Positions 53,610 to 62,801 of a stretch of DNA of 64,000 nucleotides are shown here, one piece after another. Origin of the DNA: an uncultured Methanosarcinales archaeon (lineage in GTDB: Archaea; Nanobdellota; Nanobdellia; Woesearchaeales; ARS49); NCBI GenBank assembly GCA_964358315.1, contig CAYHOF010000002.1, forward strand, positions 10,738 to 74,737, in the 5' to 3' direction. The first letter of the stretch is position 1, and every line of letters starts with the position of its first letter. The translations under genes and the position numbers were made by a program. Under the pieces are notes generated by a model, which made no database searches, was not told where the DNA came from, and saw only the letters and a program-made list of their open reading frames with translations.

Positions 53610-56600
53610 GAACCACCGTCCGAGCCCTTCCTGTTTCTCCTTGTCCTTGCCGAACACGCTTTCGACGTGACATTTGAGCAGATGGACGGTCTGTTTGAGA
53701 TACGGCGAAAGGTCGTACGCCTCGGCGAGGCTGATGGTGGGCTCGAGGTACTTTATCACGCTGCCTTCCGAGATGGTGAAGAGCAGCTTGCCTTTGCACT
53801 TGGTGCATTTGCCAAGCAACGGCGGCCTACGGAATTTCTCGTTGCAGTCGACGCAACGGAATTCCTGACTCGAGAATTTACGCAGGTTGCCGCGTGTGTC
53901 CTTGATGAAGTGTTTTTCTATCACGAGGCGCGCGACGTCCGATGTGTCCACCGCGCGGATCTTGAACGCGAGGTCCATCTGGCCCTTGAGCTTGTCCTCC
54001 ATGCTCGGGATCATCTTGTAGGCGCTGCACAGCACGCCGTTGTTGATATCGGTGGTGTCGTGCGTGAAGCCGAACCCTTCGTACTGTTCTGGTTTGTCGA
54101 GCACGTGCTTGATCTGCAGGATCTTGACTTCCTTTGGCATCTTGTACTCGAGCGCGGCCTCATAGAGCTCGAGCGGATAGCTCCATGCGATGTCCACGTC
54201 GAAGGCCATGTCGTCGACCTCGGAGGGCGTGAGCACGCTCGTGAGCACGAGCGGCGCGTCCATGGTGCCGCCACGGCTCGTGGGCAGGAACTCCTTGGAG
54301 AAATTCAGCATGCCATCGAGCAGCAACATGAAACCCATCTCGTCGCCGTCGCAGTCGCGACGGCATGCGCAGTGGAAGTACGGATGCGCGAGGAACCCTT
54401 GCGTGCGCGAGAACCCGATGATACGACCCACCATGCCCGCGCTCGTGTGCGGCGCGAGCCCGATGATGAGGTGGCCCACAAGATCGTAGGGCGTCTGCAG
54501 GTTGTAATAGCGGGGCAGGCCGTACATGAGTTCGAGCTGGTCGTCGATGAACTTGGTGACGCGATAGAGCACCGCATCGCTGGGCTCGTGCGGTTTGGCC
54601 TCGAGACAGCAGGGGATGACGATGTCCTGCGGCCGCAGCTCGATCACCTGGTCGTCGCGCTCGATCGGCGCGCCTTTGATGTCGTGCGTGTAGCCGAGTT
54701 CGAGCAGGCGCTCGACCGGCGTGCGGATCTCGCGCGGCCGGAAGTGCGTGAGCGCGACCTCGCTGCAATCATAACGGATGGTGCCATCCTTGTTGACATG
54801 CACGTCGTGCTTTGCGCGCAGGACGGACTTGAAGATGTGCTCCGGGACATGAGTGTCGTTCATCATGCCGCGCACGCCCTTGATCTGGTCCGGGAACGTC
54901 GCCATGTGCAGCCGCTTGACGGTGTTCTCGAACATGCGTTTGATGTCGATCTTTCGGCGTTTCGATGACTCGGTGTCAGGCGTCTTGGACTCGGCGTCCG
55001 CCTGGCGGGTGCGCGAGTAGTAGCGTTGACGGGTGCGGGCGCCGCATTGGTCGCACACGCGGTAGATGCAATCGAGCTTGCACACGTCGCAGTACATGAG
55101 CGGGAAGTCGCCGGTAACGCCTCCCTTCTCGAACGCGGCCTGTAACGAGCGGAGACGCCCGCCTTCGTCACCGACAGGACACAGTCCGTGCGGGCTGCCG
55201 GTCATCTTGCGCATCTTCGCTTTCTCAGGACGCCCCATGCGCGAACCGATATAGATGCCGCTCTTGTCGCGCAAGCGGACAGAGGAAAGCTTGTTCACGA
55301 GCACAAGGACGTTCTCCTGGGGGTTCGCCGAGACGAGCGCCGACCCCTTGAGCGCGTCAGGCGCCGCCATCGCGCCGAGCGAGAGCGCGAGCGCGCCTGC
55401 GACCGGCGCATCGATGACGACGAATTCGTTGTTGACGACGGTGTGCGGGACGCCGAGCAGTTCGAGCGCGCGCTTGGGTTCGGCGTCGATGGGCAGCACG
55501 ATCTTGTCGACGAGACCGTCGTGGTCTGTCCACGTGCCTTTCGAGAGCCAGTCACAGAGCAACGAGAACGCGCCTGGCTCGATGTCTGCCCAGTGGTATG
55601 TGTAGAACGGGTGTAATGGCGTGCTCGATCCTTTGGCGAGCGCGAGCGCCTCTGCGAGGGTGGGCTTCGCCAGCATCGGCTCCGCAAGCAGTTCCTTGAT
55701 GCGGGACGCGCCGAGCCCGCACACGTCCGCGGCCTTCTCCATGTCGAGTGAGCCTGTCGTCGTGACGATGCCTTTCTCGACCTCCTTGGCCCACCATTCT
55801 TCGCAGTAGCCTGCGGGCACGAGCGGGTGGGCGCGGTTGACGAAGTCGCCATACGGGATCAGCACGTCGCCGAGGAAGAGTATCTCGCGCACGCGTGGCG
55901 CCATCGCCTTCGCGAGCTTCTCGTTGTCGAGCAGCAGCACGGATCCGTCGTCGATCTTGACGATCGGCCCTTCGATCATGTCGCAGGGCGTGAATGCCGC
56001 GCCTTTGCCCGGCCTCTCGACCTTGAGCTGCGTGCCGGTCGCGATGTAATTGTTGAGGATGTGCATTGTCGCAGGATGGATGCTCTGGCCGCTCAGGCCC
56101 GATGCGCGCGATCTGCCGTAGCGCAAGCGCCATCCTCCTTTGCGCAAGGGGTGCCCGAGGACCGGACGACCTGCGACGAGATCCGCGATGTAGGTGAAGT
56201 CGGGAAGGATCTTGGGACCGCCTTCTTTTTTCGTCGCGCCTTGCGCCTTCATCTTCTTCTGGATGTTCAGGAATTCCTCCATGAAATCCCAGTGCTCCAT
56301 GCCGAAGTCCTTGCCCCACTTGCCGAGCTGGTTCCAGAGCTTGGGGCCTTTGAGCGGGATGCAGCTGCTGAGGATGAGGCAGTAACCGCTGCGGATCTTG
56401 TTGGTCGGGATGCGCGGCAGGTCCTTGTAATTGCTCACGTCCATCTTCTCGCTGGGCTCGCCCGCGACTTCGACAGGGAGGTTCTTCATGAGGAATTCGA
56501 CCTCCGGCTCGCTCGGGTGGTATTGGAGGTTCGTGACGCGGTCGTGGTAGTCCTGCATCTCGACCGACGCGCGCTTGATCTCCTCAGGGGTGGCATCGTA

Positions 56601-57146
56601 CGTGTCGATGCCCATCTTCTTGCGGACGTAGTCCGCGATGATGACGCTCACCGCGGCGGCCGTGCCCCCTGCGTTGCGGATCGGGCCAGCATAGCTGATG
56701 GAGAGGTAGTCGCCGCGGCCGTCGATGCGTTTCTTGAGTTCGATGGAGACGATGCCGTCCAATGGCGAGCTCACGACGCCCACCGTGACGTAGGCGAACC
56801 CTGTCCTGATGCCGATGTCGATGGCCTCCAGTTTCGTCTCGAACGTGCAGAACTTCTGGGCCGCGACCTCCTCGGCGATCTTGAGCGCGACGCGCCAGTC
56901 GAGCGCGCCGAACTGTCTCTCGAGCTCGATGATGCGCTGCACGACACCTGTGCCGACGATCTGCGGCGCGAGCACCGATATGAGACCCTCGACGCGCTCG
57001 GCCATGTTCTCGGCGAGCTTGATCTCGACGTCGTCGGACGGATCGAACCCTGCCGCGCGCGCACGCTTGCCGATGGCGACCATTGCCATCGAGGCCTTCT
57101 TGAGCGTCTCGAAATACCGCTGCATCATCGGGCTCGCGGCGGTCAT
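53604..57146 (-). CDS. dp2: DNA polymerase II (PolD) large catalytic subunit DP2.
   Basis: The 1180 aa protein has the DP2 pattern and a C-terminal zinc finger (CDVCKLDC...CDQCG). It contains no intein. Confidence 0.9.
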   Translation of the reverse strand: MTAASPMMQRYFETLKKASMAMVAIGKRARAAGFDPSDDVEIKLAENMAERVEGLISVLAPQIVGTGVVQRIIELERQFGALDWRVALKIAEEVAAQKFCTFETKLEAIDIGIRTGFAYVTVGVVSSPLDGIVSIELKKRIDGRGDYLSISYAGPIRNAGGTAAAVSVIIADYVRKKMGIDTYDATPEEIKRASVEMQDYHDRVTNLQYHPSEPEVEFLMKNLPVEVAGEPSEKMDVSNYKDLPRIPTNKIRSGYCLILSSCIPLKGPKLWNQLGKWGKDFGMEHWDFMEEFLNIQKKMKAQGATKKEGGPKILPDFTYIADLVAGRPVLGHPLRKGGWRLRYGRSRASGLSGQSIHPATMHILNNYIATGTQLKVERPGKGAAFTPCDMIEGPIVKIDDGSVLLLDNEKLAKAMAPRVREILFLGDVLIPYGDFVNRAHPLVPAGYCEEWWAKEVEKGIVTTTGSLDMEKAADVCGLGASRIKELLAEPMLAKPTLAEALALAKGSSTPLHPFYTYHWADIEPGAFSLLCDWLSKGTWTDHDGLVDKIVLPIDAEPKRALELLGVPHTVVNNEFVVIDAPVAGALALSLGAMAAPDALKGSALVSANPQENVLVLVNKLSSVRLRDKSGIYIGSRMGRPEKAKMRKMTGSPHGLCPVGDEGGRLRSLQAAFEKGGVTGDFPLMYCDVCKLDCIYRVCDQCGARTRQRYYSRTRQADAESKTPDTESSKRRKIDIKRMFENTVKRLHMATFPDQIKGVRGMMNDTHVPEHIFKSVLRAKHDVHVNKDGTIRYDCSEVALTHFRPREIRTPVERLLELGYTHDIKGAPIERDDQVIELRPQDIVIPCCLEAKPHEPSDAVLYRVTKFIDDQLELMYGLPRYYNLQTPYDLVGHLIIGLAPHTSAGMVGRIIGFSRTQGFLAHPYFHCACRRDCDGDEMGFMLLLDGMLNFSKEFLPTSRGGTMDAPLVLTSVLTPSEVDDMAFDVDIAWSYPLELYEAALEYKMPKEVKILQIKHVLDKPEQYEGFGFTHDTTDINNGVLCSAYKMIPSMEDKLKGQMDLAFKIRAVDTSDVARLVIEKHFIKDTRGNLRKFSSQEFRCVDCNEKFRRPPLLGKCTKCKGKLLFTISEGSVIKYLEPTISLAEAYDLSPYLKQTVHLLKCHVESVFGKDKEKQEGLGRWFG

Positions 57147-58612
57147 GCTGCATCACCGCTGCTGAAGTTGAGCACGCTGACCTCGCGAGTCTGGAGGTTG
57201 ACGATGGGCACGCGGCACGGGTCGGGGTTGTGCCCGACTTTCTCCTGGAATTTGGTGCGTGCCTGGAAACAGCTGCCGGAGATGATGGTCACGCCACGGT
57301 AATTGAGGAACGACGACTTGTGGATGTGGCCGGAGAAGAAGAAATCCGGGGCGGATTCGATGACGAGCGCGTCGCGCTGCGGGTCGACGATGAACTGCGT
57401 GCTGTCATAGCTTGGCGCGAGGTGTCGGCGCTGCAGGAGGAACCGCATGATGAGGCTGATGCGCGCCGAGACGTCCTTGCCGCTCTCGCGGATGGAGTCG
57501 ACGCGGTCGCCGTAATAATCGTAGCTGTAGCCGTGGTAGAGCAGCACGTCGAACCCCGGGAAGGTGTCCGTGCGCCCTACCACGACGACCGCAGGGTTGC
57601 TCACGAACGTGATGTTGGGCAGATCATGGAGCACGGGGAGGTACTCGCGCGGGATCTTCGGTTGCGGCTCGGCGAGCCTCACCGCGTCGTGGTTGCCCGG
57701 GCTGATGATGACGCGGATGTGCGCGGGGATCTCCTTGATGAAACGCTCGAACTCCTTGTACTGCTCGTTGATGTCGGGAAGGGTGAGTTCCTTGTTCTGC
57801 GCGGGATAGATGCCGACGCCATCCACCGCGTCGCCGACGATGACGACATACCTGACCTTGCGCGCCATCGCGCGCTGGCGTTCGGTGCCGGTCTCCCCCC
57901 TGAGCCACCGTATGCACTTGCCGAACTCCTCGGGAAGGAAGTTGTTCGACCCGACGTGCGGGTCGGAGAGCACCACAAGATAGTCCTCGGTCGGGGATTT
58001 CTTGAGTTCGTGGGTGAGCGGAACGTCCGGGTGGATGATGTCGCTCACGAAGATGGCGCCGCCCGCATTCTGGCCCAGCACGCCTATCACTTCGTCGAGC
58101 ACGAGGTCTTTGGCTTTCTTGAACATCTGCTCGCGGGACTTGGGGAAGATGAGTTTGACCGACCCGGTGAGGTCCTCGAGGACCACGATGAGGTTGCCGT
58201 TCTTGGTCTCTTGCTTGTCCGCGACAAAGCCGATGAGCGCGACCTTCTCGCGTTCGCCGTTCGGGGACAACCTGCTGATGGACGTCACGGCCGCGAGTTC
58301 TTGGCGTTCGCTCAGGATGCGGGCGAGCGCGCGGAAGCGCGCTTTGAAGTATGCGACGAAGTCGTCGACCGTGACCTTGCGGCCCGCCACGTCGTAGTCG
58401 CGGACGATAACGACGCCGGGCGCTTCGGTCCGCGGCACGCTGCCTATCATCTGGTGGATGTCCTGGCCTGGTTGCGGTGACGCGCTCATGTCATAGAGGG
58501 TGTCGAGGAATCGCGGATCGTTCATCCGTTGCAGGAGGTCGGACGTGACGAGCACGTTGTTCTGTAACAGGAACGTGACCACGTTCTTCTTCTTGTCGAG
58601 TGCGTCAGCCAT
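57143..58612 (-). CDS. dp1: DNA polymerase II (PolD) small subunit DP1, a metallophosphoesterase-fold exonuclease.
   Basis: It has a calcineurin-like phosphoesterase domain (GDAVDG...GNHD) and an N-terminal OB. The start was chosen at the ATG overlapping the orc1 stop. Confidence 0.9.
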   Translation of the reverse strand: MADALDKKKNVVTFLLQNNVLVTSDLLQRMNDPRFLDTLYDMSASPQPGQDIHQMIGSVPRTEAPGVVIVRDYDVAGRKVTVDDFVAYFKARFRALARILSERQELAAVTSISRLSPNGEREKVALIGFVADKQETKNGNLIVVLEDLTGSVKLIFPKSREQMFKKAKDLVLDEVIGVLGQNAGGAIFVSDIIHPDVPLTHELKKSPTEDYLVVLSDPHVGSNNFLPEEFGKCIRWLRGETGTERQRAMARKVRYVVIVGDAVDGVGIYPAQNKELTLPDINEQYKEFERFIKEIPAHIRVIISPGNHDAVRLAEPQPKIPREYLPVLHDLPNITFVSNPAVVVVGRTDTFPGFDVLLYHGYSYDYYGDRVDSIRESGKDVSARISLIMRFLLQRRHLAPSYDSTQFIVDPQRDALVIESAPDFFFSGHIHKSSFLNYRGVTIISGSCFQARTKFQEKVGHNPDPCRVPIVNLQTREVSVLNFSSGDAA

Positions 58613-59819
58613 GGATCGAGAGCGCCTCCATGACGATGGCATGCACTTGGGCGAGTGTGGCCGCCGGCAGCGCGATGCCTATCTCCCGCGTCCGTCCGTA
58701 CCTGCCCTTGCTGATGACCTTGCTTTGGATGAGGCCGAGCATGTCGAATTCCTGGATGATATCCGACACCCGCCGTTGGGTCAGCGGACGCAGGCTGGCC
58801 TTGCCGCACAATGCCTGGTACTTTTCGTAGATCTCGCCGGTGAAGACCGCTTGTTGGCGTTCGGCGCACGCGGTGAGGACCGCGCACAAGGTGGCCTGAT
58901 GTTGTTTTGGTTGCGTGCGGACGCAGTCGAGAACGCGTTCGTTCTCCATCGAGGACTCCGCCACGTCGAGGTATGCCATGCCCACTGTCTCGTTATGTTC
59001 GCGTTCGCAGAGTTCGGCGGCGGTGCGCAACAGCATAATGGCCCGTCGGGCGTCGCCGTGGTCTTGCGCCGCGAGCGCCGCGCATTTCTGGACCACGCCG
59101 TCCTCGAGGACGCCCGGCGCGAACGCGAGCGAGGCACGCTGTTTGAGTATGTCGAGCAGTTGCACGGCGTTGTAGCGCGGGAACAACAACTCCTCCTCGG
59201 AGAGCGAACTGCGCACGCGCGGGTCAAGCGTGTCCTTGAACGTGAGGTTGTTCGAGACGCCGACGAGCGTGATACGACTATTGTGCAGGTGTTCGTTGAT
59301 GCGCAGAAGGTTGTAGAGGAGTTGGTCGTCCGCTTTTTCGACCAGTGCGTCGATCTCGTCGAGCACGAGGAGCATGGTGCACTTCTTGGCGTCGAGTTCC
59401 TCGTAGAACGTCTTGTAGACTTCGTCGGTGGGAAGGCCTGTCGCAGGCAGTGGCCGGCCGAGTTCTTTGGCGAGCTGGGCGACGAGGCGGTACTCTGTGT
59501 CCGCGGTGCGTTTGAGCTTGCAGTTGATGTACGTGACGATGACAGGAAGGGCGAGTTTCTCCGCGGCTTGTTTGATCTGCCGTGTCGTGAACAGCGTGAC
59601 GAGCGTCTTGCCCGTGCCAGGATAACCGTAGATGAAGAGGTTGTTGGATTTTTGGCCGCGGAGGATCGGCGCGAGGACGTTCGCCACCTGTGTGATCTGC
59701 TCGTCGCGATGGAGGATGTCCTCTGGCTGGAAATCCGTCTGCAATGCTTGTTTGTTGGCGAACAGCGATTTATGTGATAGGTACTGCTCGAAAAAATTTG
59801 CTAGTTTCCTCTCTTCCAC
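58605..59819 (-). CDS. orc1: Orc1/Cdc6 replication initiator.
   Basis: It has AAA+ Walker A (GYPGTGKT), Walker B (LVLDEID) and a C-terminal wH. It lies directly adjacent to the AT-rich oriC. Confidence 0.9.
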   Translation of the reverse strand: MEERKLANFFEQYLSHKSLFANKQALQTDFQPEDILHRDEQITQVANVLAPILRGQKSNNLFIYGYPGTGKTLVTLFTTRQIKQAAEKLALPVIVTYINCKLKRTADTEYRLVAQLAKELGRPLPATGLPTDEVYKTFYEELDAKKCTMLLVLDEIDALVEKADDQLLYNLLRINEHLHNSRITLVGVSNNLTFKDTLDPRVRSSLSEEELLFPRYNAVQLLDILKQRASLAFAPGVLEDGVVQKCAALAAQDHGDARRAIMLLRTAAELCEREHNETVGMAYLDVAESSMENERVLDCVRTQPKQHQATLCAVLTACAERQQAVFTGEIYEKYQALCGKASLRPLTQRRVSDIIQEFDMLGLIQSKVISKGRYGRTREIGIALPAATLAQVHAIVMEALSIHG

Positions 59820-59917
59820 CGTGACGTCCCCTTTTGTGTGGTTCCATCTGCAATGCAGGTTATTTAAGTTTTTGCAGACTGTATTTGTTGTATCGAAGGA
59901 TCAGTAATGATAATACT

Positions 59918-59947
59918 CCACAGTCACCCCTTGATTTCCTCTGGAAC
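59918..59947 (-). promoter_or_regulatory. Origin recognition box ORB1, a dyad plus G-string.
   Basis: The reverse complement reads ATTGTTCCAGAGGAAATCAAGGGGTGACTGTGG, which resembles the archaeal ORB consensus (TTCCAnnGGAAA plus GGGG). Confidence 0.5.
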
Positions 59948-59949
59948 AA

Positions 59950-60225
59950 TATGATGATAGTTCAAAATTCGTGTTTTATGTTATTTTCTAAAATATATTA
60001 ACAAATACATTATTTATATTATATATTTTGAATCACAACTATTTCGTGTTTTTTCATAGTGTAATATTATATTTTTATATAAAAAATAATAATATATATA
60101 ATATAATATATATAATATAAAATAATAAAAACAAAATAATGTTTGAATAATATAATTAAACAAAAATTTCATACGTACACGAAAAACAAAGGACAAAAAT
60201 CATTCACAACTTCATCAATACTATT
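59950..60225. other. AT-rich duplex unwinding element of the predicted oriC, containing A/T simple repeats.
   Basis: The region is about 15-20% GC within a roughly 60% GC genome. It is flanked by inverted ORB elements and lies next to orc1. Confidence 0.55.
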
Positions 60226-60226
60226 T

Positions 60227-60250
60227 TTCCATACGAAATCAAGGGGTGGG
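60227..60250 (+). promoter_or_regulatory. Origin recognition box ORB2, inverted relative to ORB1.
   Basis: TTCCATACGAAATCAAGGGGTGGG shares the core GAAATCAAGGGGTG with ORB1. Confidence 0.5.
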
Positions 60251-60343
60251 AAGGATTCACGTCGGAGTATATTTGTTGCTACTTAATGAGGATGACATTA
60301 AAGGAAGATTTATATACTAGTTATATCTCTTCCGTAGTAACAA

Positions 60344-60359
60344 GTGGAGTTATCTCCAC
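60344..60359 (+). promoter_or_regulatory. Perfect palindrome GTGGAGTTATCTCCAC between the TATA at 60309-60316 and the trmB start codon, a candidate operator.
   Basis: The dyad was read directly. It overlaps the expected TSS. Confidence 0.35.
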
Positions 60360-60377
60360 ACATGAGGTCCACCCACA

Positions 60378-61157
60378 ATGCTCGTCCAAAACGATTTTTT
60401 GAACAAACTCAAGGATTTCGGTCTCAATAGCTACGAAGCCAAGCTCTGGACAGCGCTCCTCTCGCGCGGCGTCTCGACGGCAGGCGAGCTTTCTGACATT
60501 GCCAACGTCCCTCGTTCACGATCGTACGACGTGCTCGAGAGCCTCGAGAAGAAAGGGTTCATCATCATGAAGCTCGGCAAGCCCATCAAGTACATCGCCG
60601 TGCCTCCTGCAGAAGTCGTCGAGCGCATCAAGAAGAAGGTGCAGGAAGACGCCGTCAAGCACTCGAACGTCCTCGACGGACTCAAGGGCAGCGACGTGCT
60701 CGAGGAGCTCGACATGCTGCACAAGAACGGCATCCAGCTCGTCGACCCGGCCGACATGACAGGCGCCGTCAAAGGCCGCAGCAACCTCTACGACCACATC
60801 CATTCCATGATCAAGAACGCCAAGAAATCCGTCTCCATCATCACGACCGAAGCAGGCCTTGGCCGCAAGACGACCGCGCTCAAAGGCGCGCTCCAGAAGG
60901 CCAAGGAAAAAGGCGTCACGATCCGCATCCTCTCGCCCGGCAAGGCAAACGACCTCAAGGCGCTCGCGCAGATGCGCACGCTCGAGAACATCAACGCACG
61001 CATATGCCTCATCGACGAGACACACGTGATCATGATGCCTCTCGACGACGCGAACACGCACGCCAACTACGACTTCGGCATCTGGGTCAAGACCGACTTC
61101 ATGGCGAACGCCATGGAACGCGTCTTCGACGTGCTCTGGCAGAACGCGAAGAAATAG
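60378..61157 (+). CDS. TrmB-family transcriptional regulator.
   Basis: It has an N-terminal wHTH (LNSYEAKLWTALLSRGVSTAGELSDIANVPRSRSYDVLESLEKKGFI) and a C-terminal sensing domain. Confidence 0.8.
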   Translation: MLVQNDFLNKLKDFGLNSYEAKLWTALLSRGVSTAGELSDIANVPRSRSYDVLESLEKKGFIIMKLGKPIKYIAVPPAEVVERIKKKVQEDAVKHSNVLDGLKGSDVLEELDMLHKNGIQLVDPADMTGAVKGRSNLYDHIHSMIKNAKKSVSIITTEAGLGRKTTALKGALQKAKEKGVTIRILSPGKANDLKALAQMRTLENINARICLIDETHVIMMPLDDANTHANYDFGIWVKTDFMANAMERVFDVLWQNAKK

Positions 61158-61252
61158 TTCGTGGTCTGTCCTTCGTCTCAGACGTACGCACGCTGTAACA
61201 ACCTTTTTATACTGCCTTGTTCTTTGGATGATCAATCATAAGAGGTGATTAC

Positions 61253-61447
61253 ATGGCTGAAGAAGCCCTATTGAGGATTACGCTTGCAGTGATTGTCGGC
61301 ACGCTCGCCGCCATCGTTTATAGTCTGCGCATATTGGTGCTGATGGAGCGCCGCGTGGCGCGTATCGAGGAGCATATCGACACGGTCGCGCACAAGATTC
61401 TCAAGGAAGAACTGACCATCGAGAATCGCATGAAGAAAAAGCGCTGA
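61253..61447 (+). CDS. Small single-TM protein (64 aa).
   Basis: Short ORF with good codon usage. Confidence is weak. Confidence 0.3.
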   Translation: MAEEALLRITLAVIVGTLAAIVYSLRILVLMERRVARIEEHIDTVAHKILKEELTIENRMKKKR

Positions 61448-61448
61448 T

Positions 61449-62090
61449 TCACTCGAGCGCTTTGAGTTCTTTCTTTATTTGTTGTATTTCTTCTTCGATC
61501 TGTTTGATGCGTTGCGTGTTGTCTTCTTGTTCCAGCAACTGGCCGCTTTCCGGACATTTGAACTCGTAGTTCATCGCCTGGTCGAAGTCGAGGCGCATCG
61601 TGACAGGCCCGTTGATGAGGGTGCCATCAGGCAGGCGTTCTTTCTGGTAGCACACGTAGAACTGCGTCTTTTGTTCACGCTCGAGCCTCTCCTGTAGTTT
61701 TTCGAGCTTGCGCTTGCGTAGCGTGATGTAGATGTCCTTGATGCGCGGCGGGTTGAACGTCCAGTAATAGATGTACCAGCCCTTCTTCTTGTCCTTGCGA
61801 CGGATGAAGGTCACGAGGTTGTGTTCGTAGAGGCGATAGAGCATGTTGCGCGTGGCGTTGATCTCGCGCGTGAGGGCTTCGGCAAGCGTGAACTCGCTGA
61901 CGTTCTTCTTGTTGCGCAATATCTTCACGAGCGCGAGCACGTCTTTGCCCGCGACTTCGGTGATGACCTCATCCAGCATCGCCGCGGCCGCGCGTCCTGC
62001 GCCTGCCGGCGCTTTGGCTTTCGCAGGCTTTTTTGGCGTGGGTTGCTTCGCGGCAGGCTTTTTGGCCTTGGGCTTTGTCTTAGAAGGCAT
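61449..62090 (-). CDS. tfe: Transcription factor E alpha (TFE), with a Lys/Ala/Pro-rich N-terminal tail.
   Basis: It has a wH (LTREINATRNMLYRLYEHNLV), a zinc-ribbon region and a C-terminal coiled-coil. Confidence 0.75.
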   Translation of the reverse strand: MPSKTKPKAKKPAAKQPTPKKPAKAKAPAGAGRAAAAMLDEVITEVAGKDVLALVKILRNKKNVSEFTLAEALTREINATRNMLYRLYEHNLVTFIRRKDKKKGWYIYYWTFNPPRIKDIYITLRKRKLEKLQERLEREQKTQFYVCYQKERLPDGTLINGPVTMRLDFDQAMNYEFKCPESGQLLEQEDNTQRIKQIEEEIQQIKKELKALE

Positions 62091-62116
62091 GAAGTGCTTT
62101 TTTCGACGGCCCGTTC

Positions 62117-62518
62117 TTATAAATCTTTCGTCGTGGTGAATTCCTCGAACGTGAGGCCGACGCTTTTCGCGTAGTCATAGTCAAGCACGTAGGCGCCGCC
62201 TGTCTCGCGGAGTTCCTCGACGCTCACGAAGAACCAACCCCTGTTGTCGAAGCGCACAGCGATCCACGCTTCGGCGCCATAGCGCGCTGAGAACTCCCGC
62301 AACTGCCCGACCTGGTCTTTGGTGATGTATTGCGCTCTCTCCTTCGTCGCCTTGACCTCGATGGCAAGCCGGCGCAGGTTGTTCGCCGCGAGGATGTCAG
62401 GAGAAGGATACCTGTTGGACCCGCTGCCCGCGACCCTGCACGCTGCCCACGTGCCTGTCTTCCAGAACATGTGGATGATCTCGCGCTCCGCGCCGCTGCC
62501 TTTCGCTTTCCTGTTCAC
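62117..62518 (-). CDS. hjc: Holliday junction resolvase Hjc.
   Basis: It has KGSGAEREI...SPDILA...IEVKAT motifs. The start is trimmed to a GTG about 27 nt downstream of the minus-strand TATA. The upstream part of ORF 62117..62701 is discounted. Confidence 0.8.
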   Translation of the reverse strand: MNRKAKGSGAEREIIHMFWKTGTWAACRVAGSGSNRYPSPDILAANNLRRLAIEVKATKERAQYITKDQVGQLREFSARYGAEAWIAVRFDNRGWFFVSVEELRETGGAYVLDYDYAKSVGLTFEEFTTTKDL

Positions 62519-62543
62519 CACGACGTGCAGGAAGACCTGCCTC

Positions 62544-62553
62544 TTTTTATAGC
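62544..62553. promoter_or_regulatory. Bidirectional TATA (TTTTTATAGC) driving leaderless hjc on the minus strand and the histone gene on the plus strand.
   Basis: It lies about 25 nt from the histone ATG at 62574 and about 27 nt from the hjc GTG at 62518. Confidence 0.5.
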
Positions 62554-62573
62554 AATTGCACCATTGTCCGGCT

Positions 62574-62795
62574 ATGGTCCGACGTTCACAACGTGGTCTG
62601 CCGCTTGCGGCGATGGAAGAGCTTCTGCGCAAGGCGGGCGCCGAACGTGTCGCGGAGAGCGCGAAAGCCGGCCTCAAGCAAGCGCTCGAGGATGTAGGCA
62701 AGCGGCTCGCGGCAGAAGCGGTGACGTTCTCCCGTCATGCAGGCAGAAGGACGGTCATGCGTGATGACGTGCGGCTCTCGATCGAGAAAGCGTGA
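62574..62795 (+). CDS. Archaeal histone (HMf-like histone fold).
   Basis: LPLAAMEELLRKAGAERVAESAKAGLKQALEDVGKRLAAEAVTFSRHAGRRTVMRDDVRLSIEKA aligns with HMfB. Confidence 0.85.
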   Translation: MVRRSQRGLPLAAMEELLRKAGAERVAESAKAGLKQALEDVGKRLAAEAVTFSRHAGRRTVMRDDVRLSIEKA

Positions 62796-62801
62796 GCGCG
62801 C

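Noticed and set aside
60000-60200. AT-rich simple repeats (ATATAATATAATATATATAAT...), considered as a possible CRISPR or satellite array.
   Set aside because: They have no regular repeat-spacer periodicity and no cas genes. The composition and position beside orc1 fit an origin DUE instead.
62519-62701. The upstream extension of the Hjc ORF, which overlaps the histone gene.
   Set aside because: It has no homology to Hjc, and the TATA at 62544-62553 would lie inside it. The conserved Hjc N-terminus begins at the GTG around 62518.
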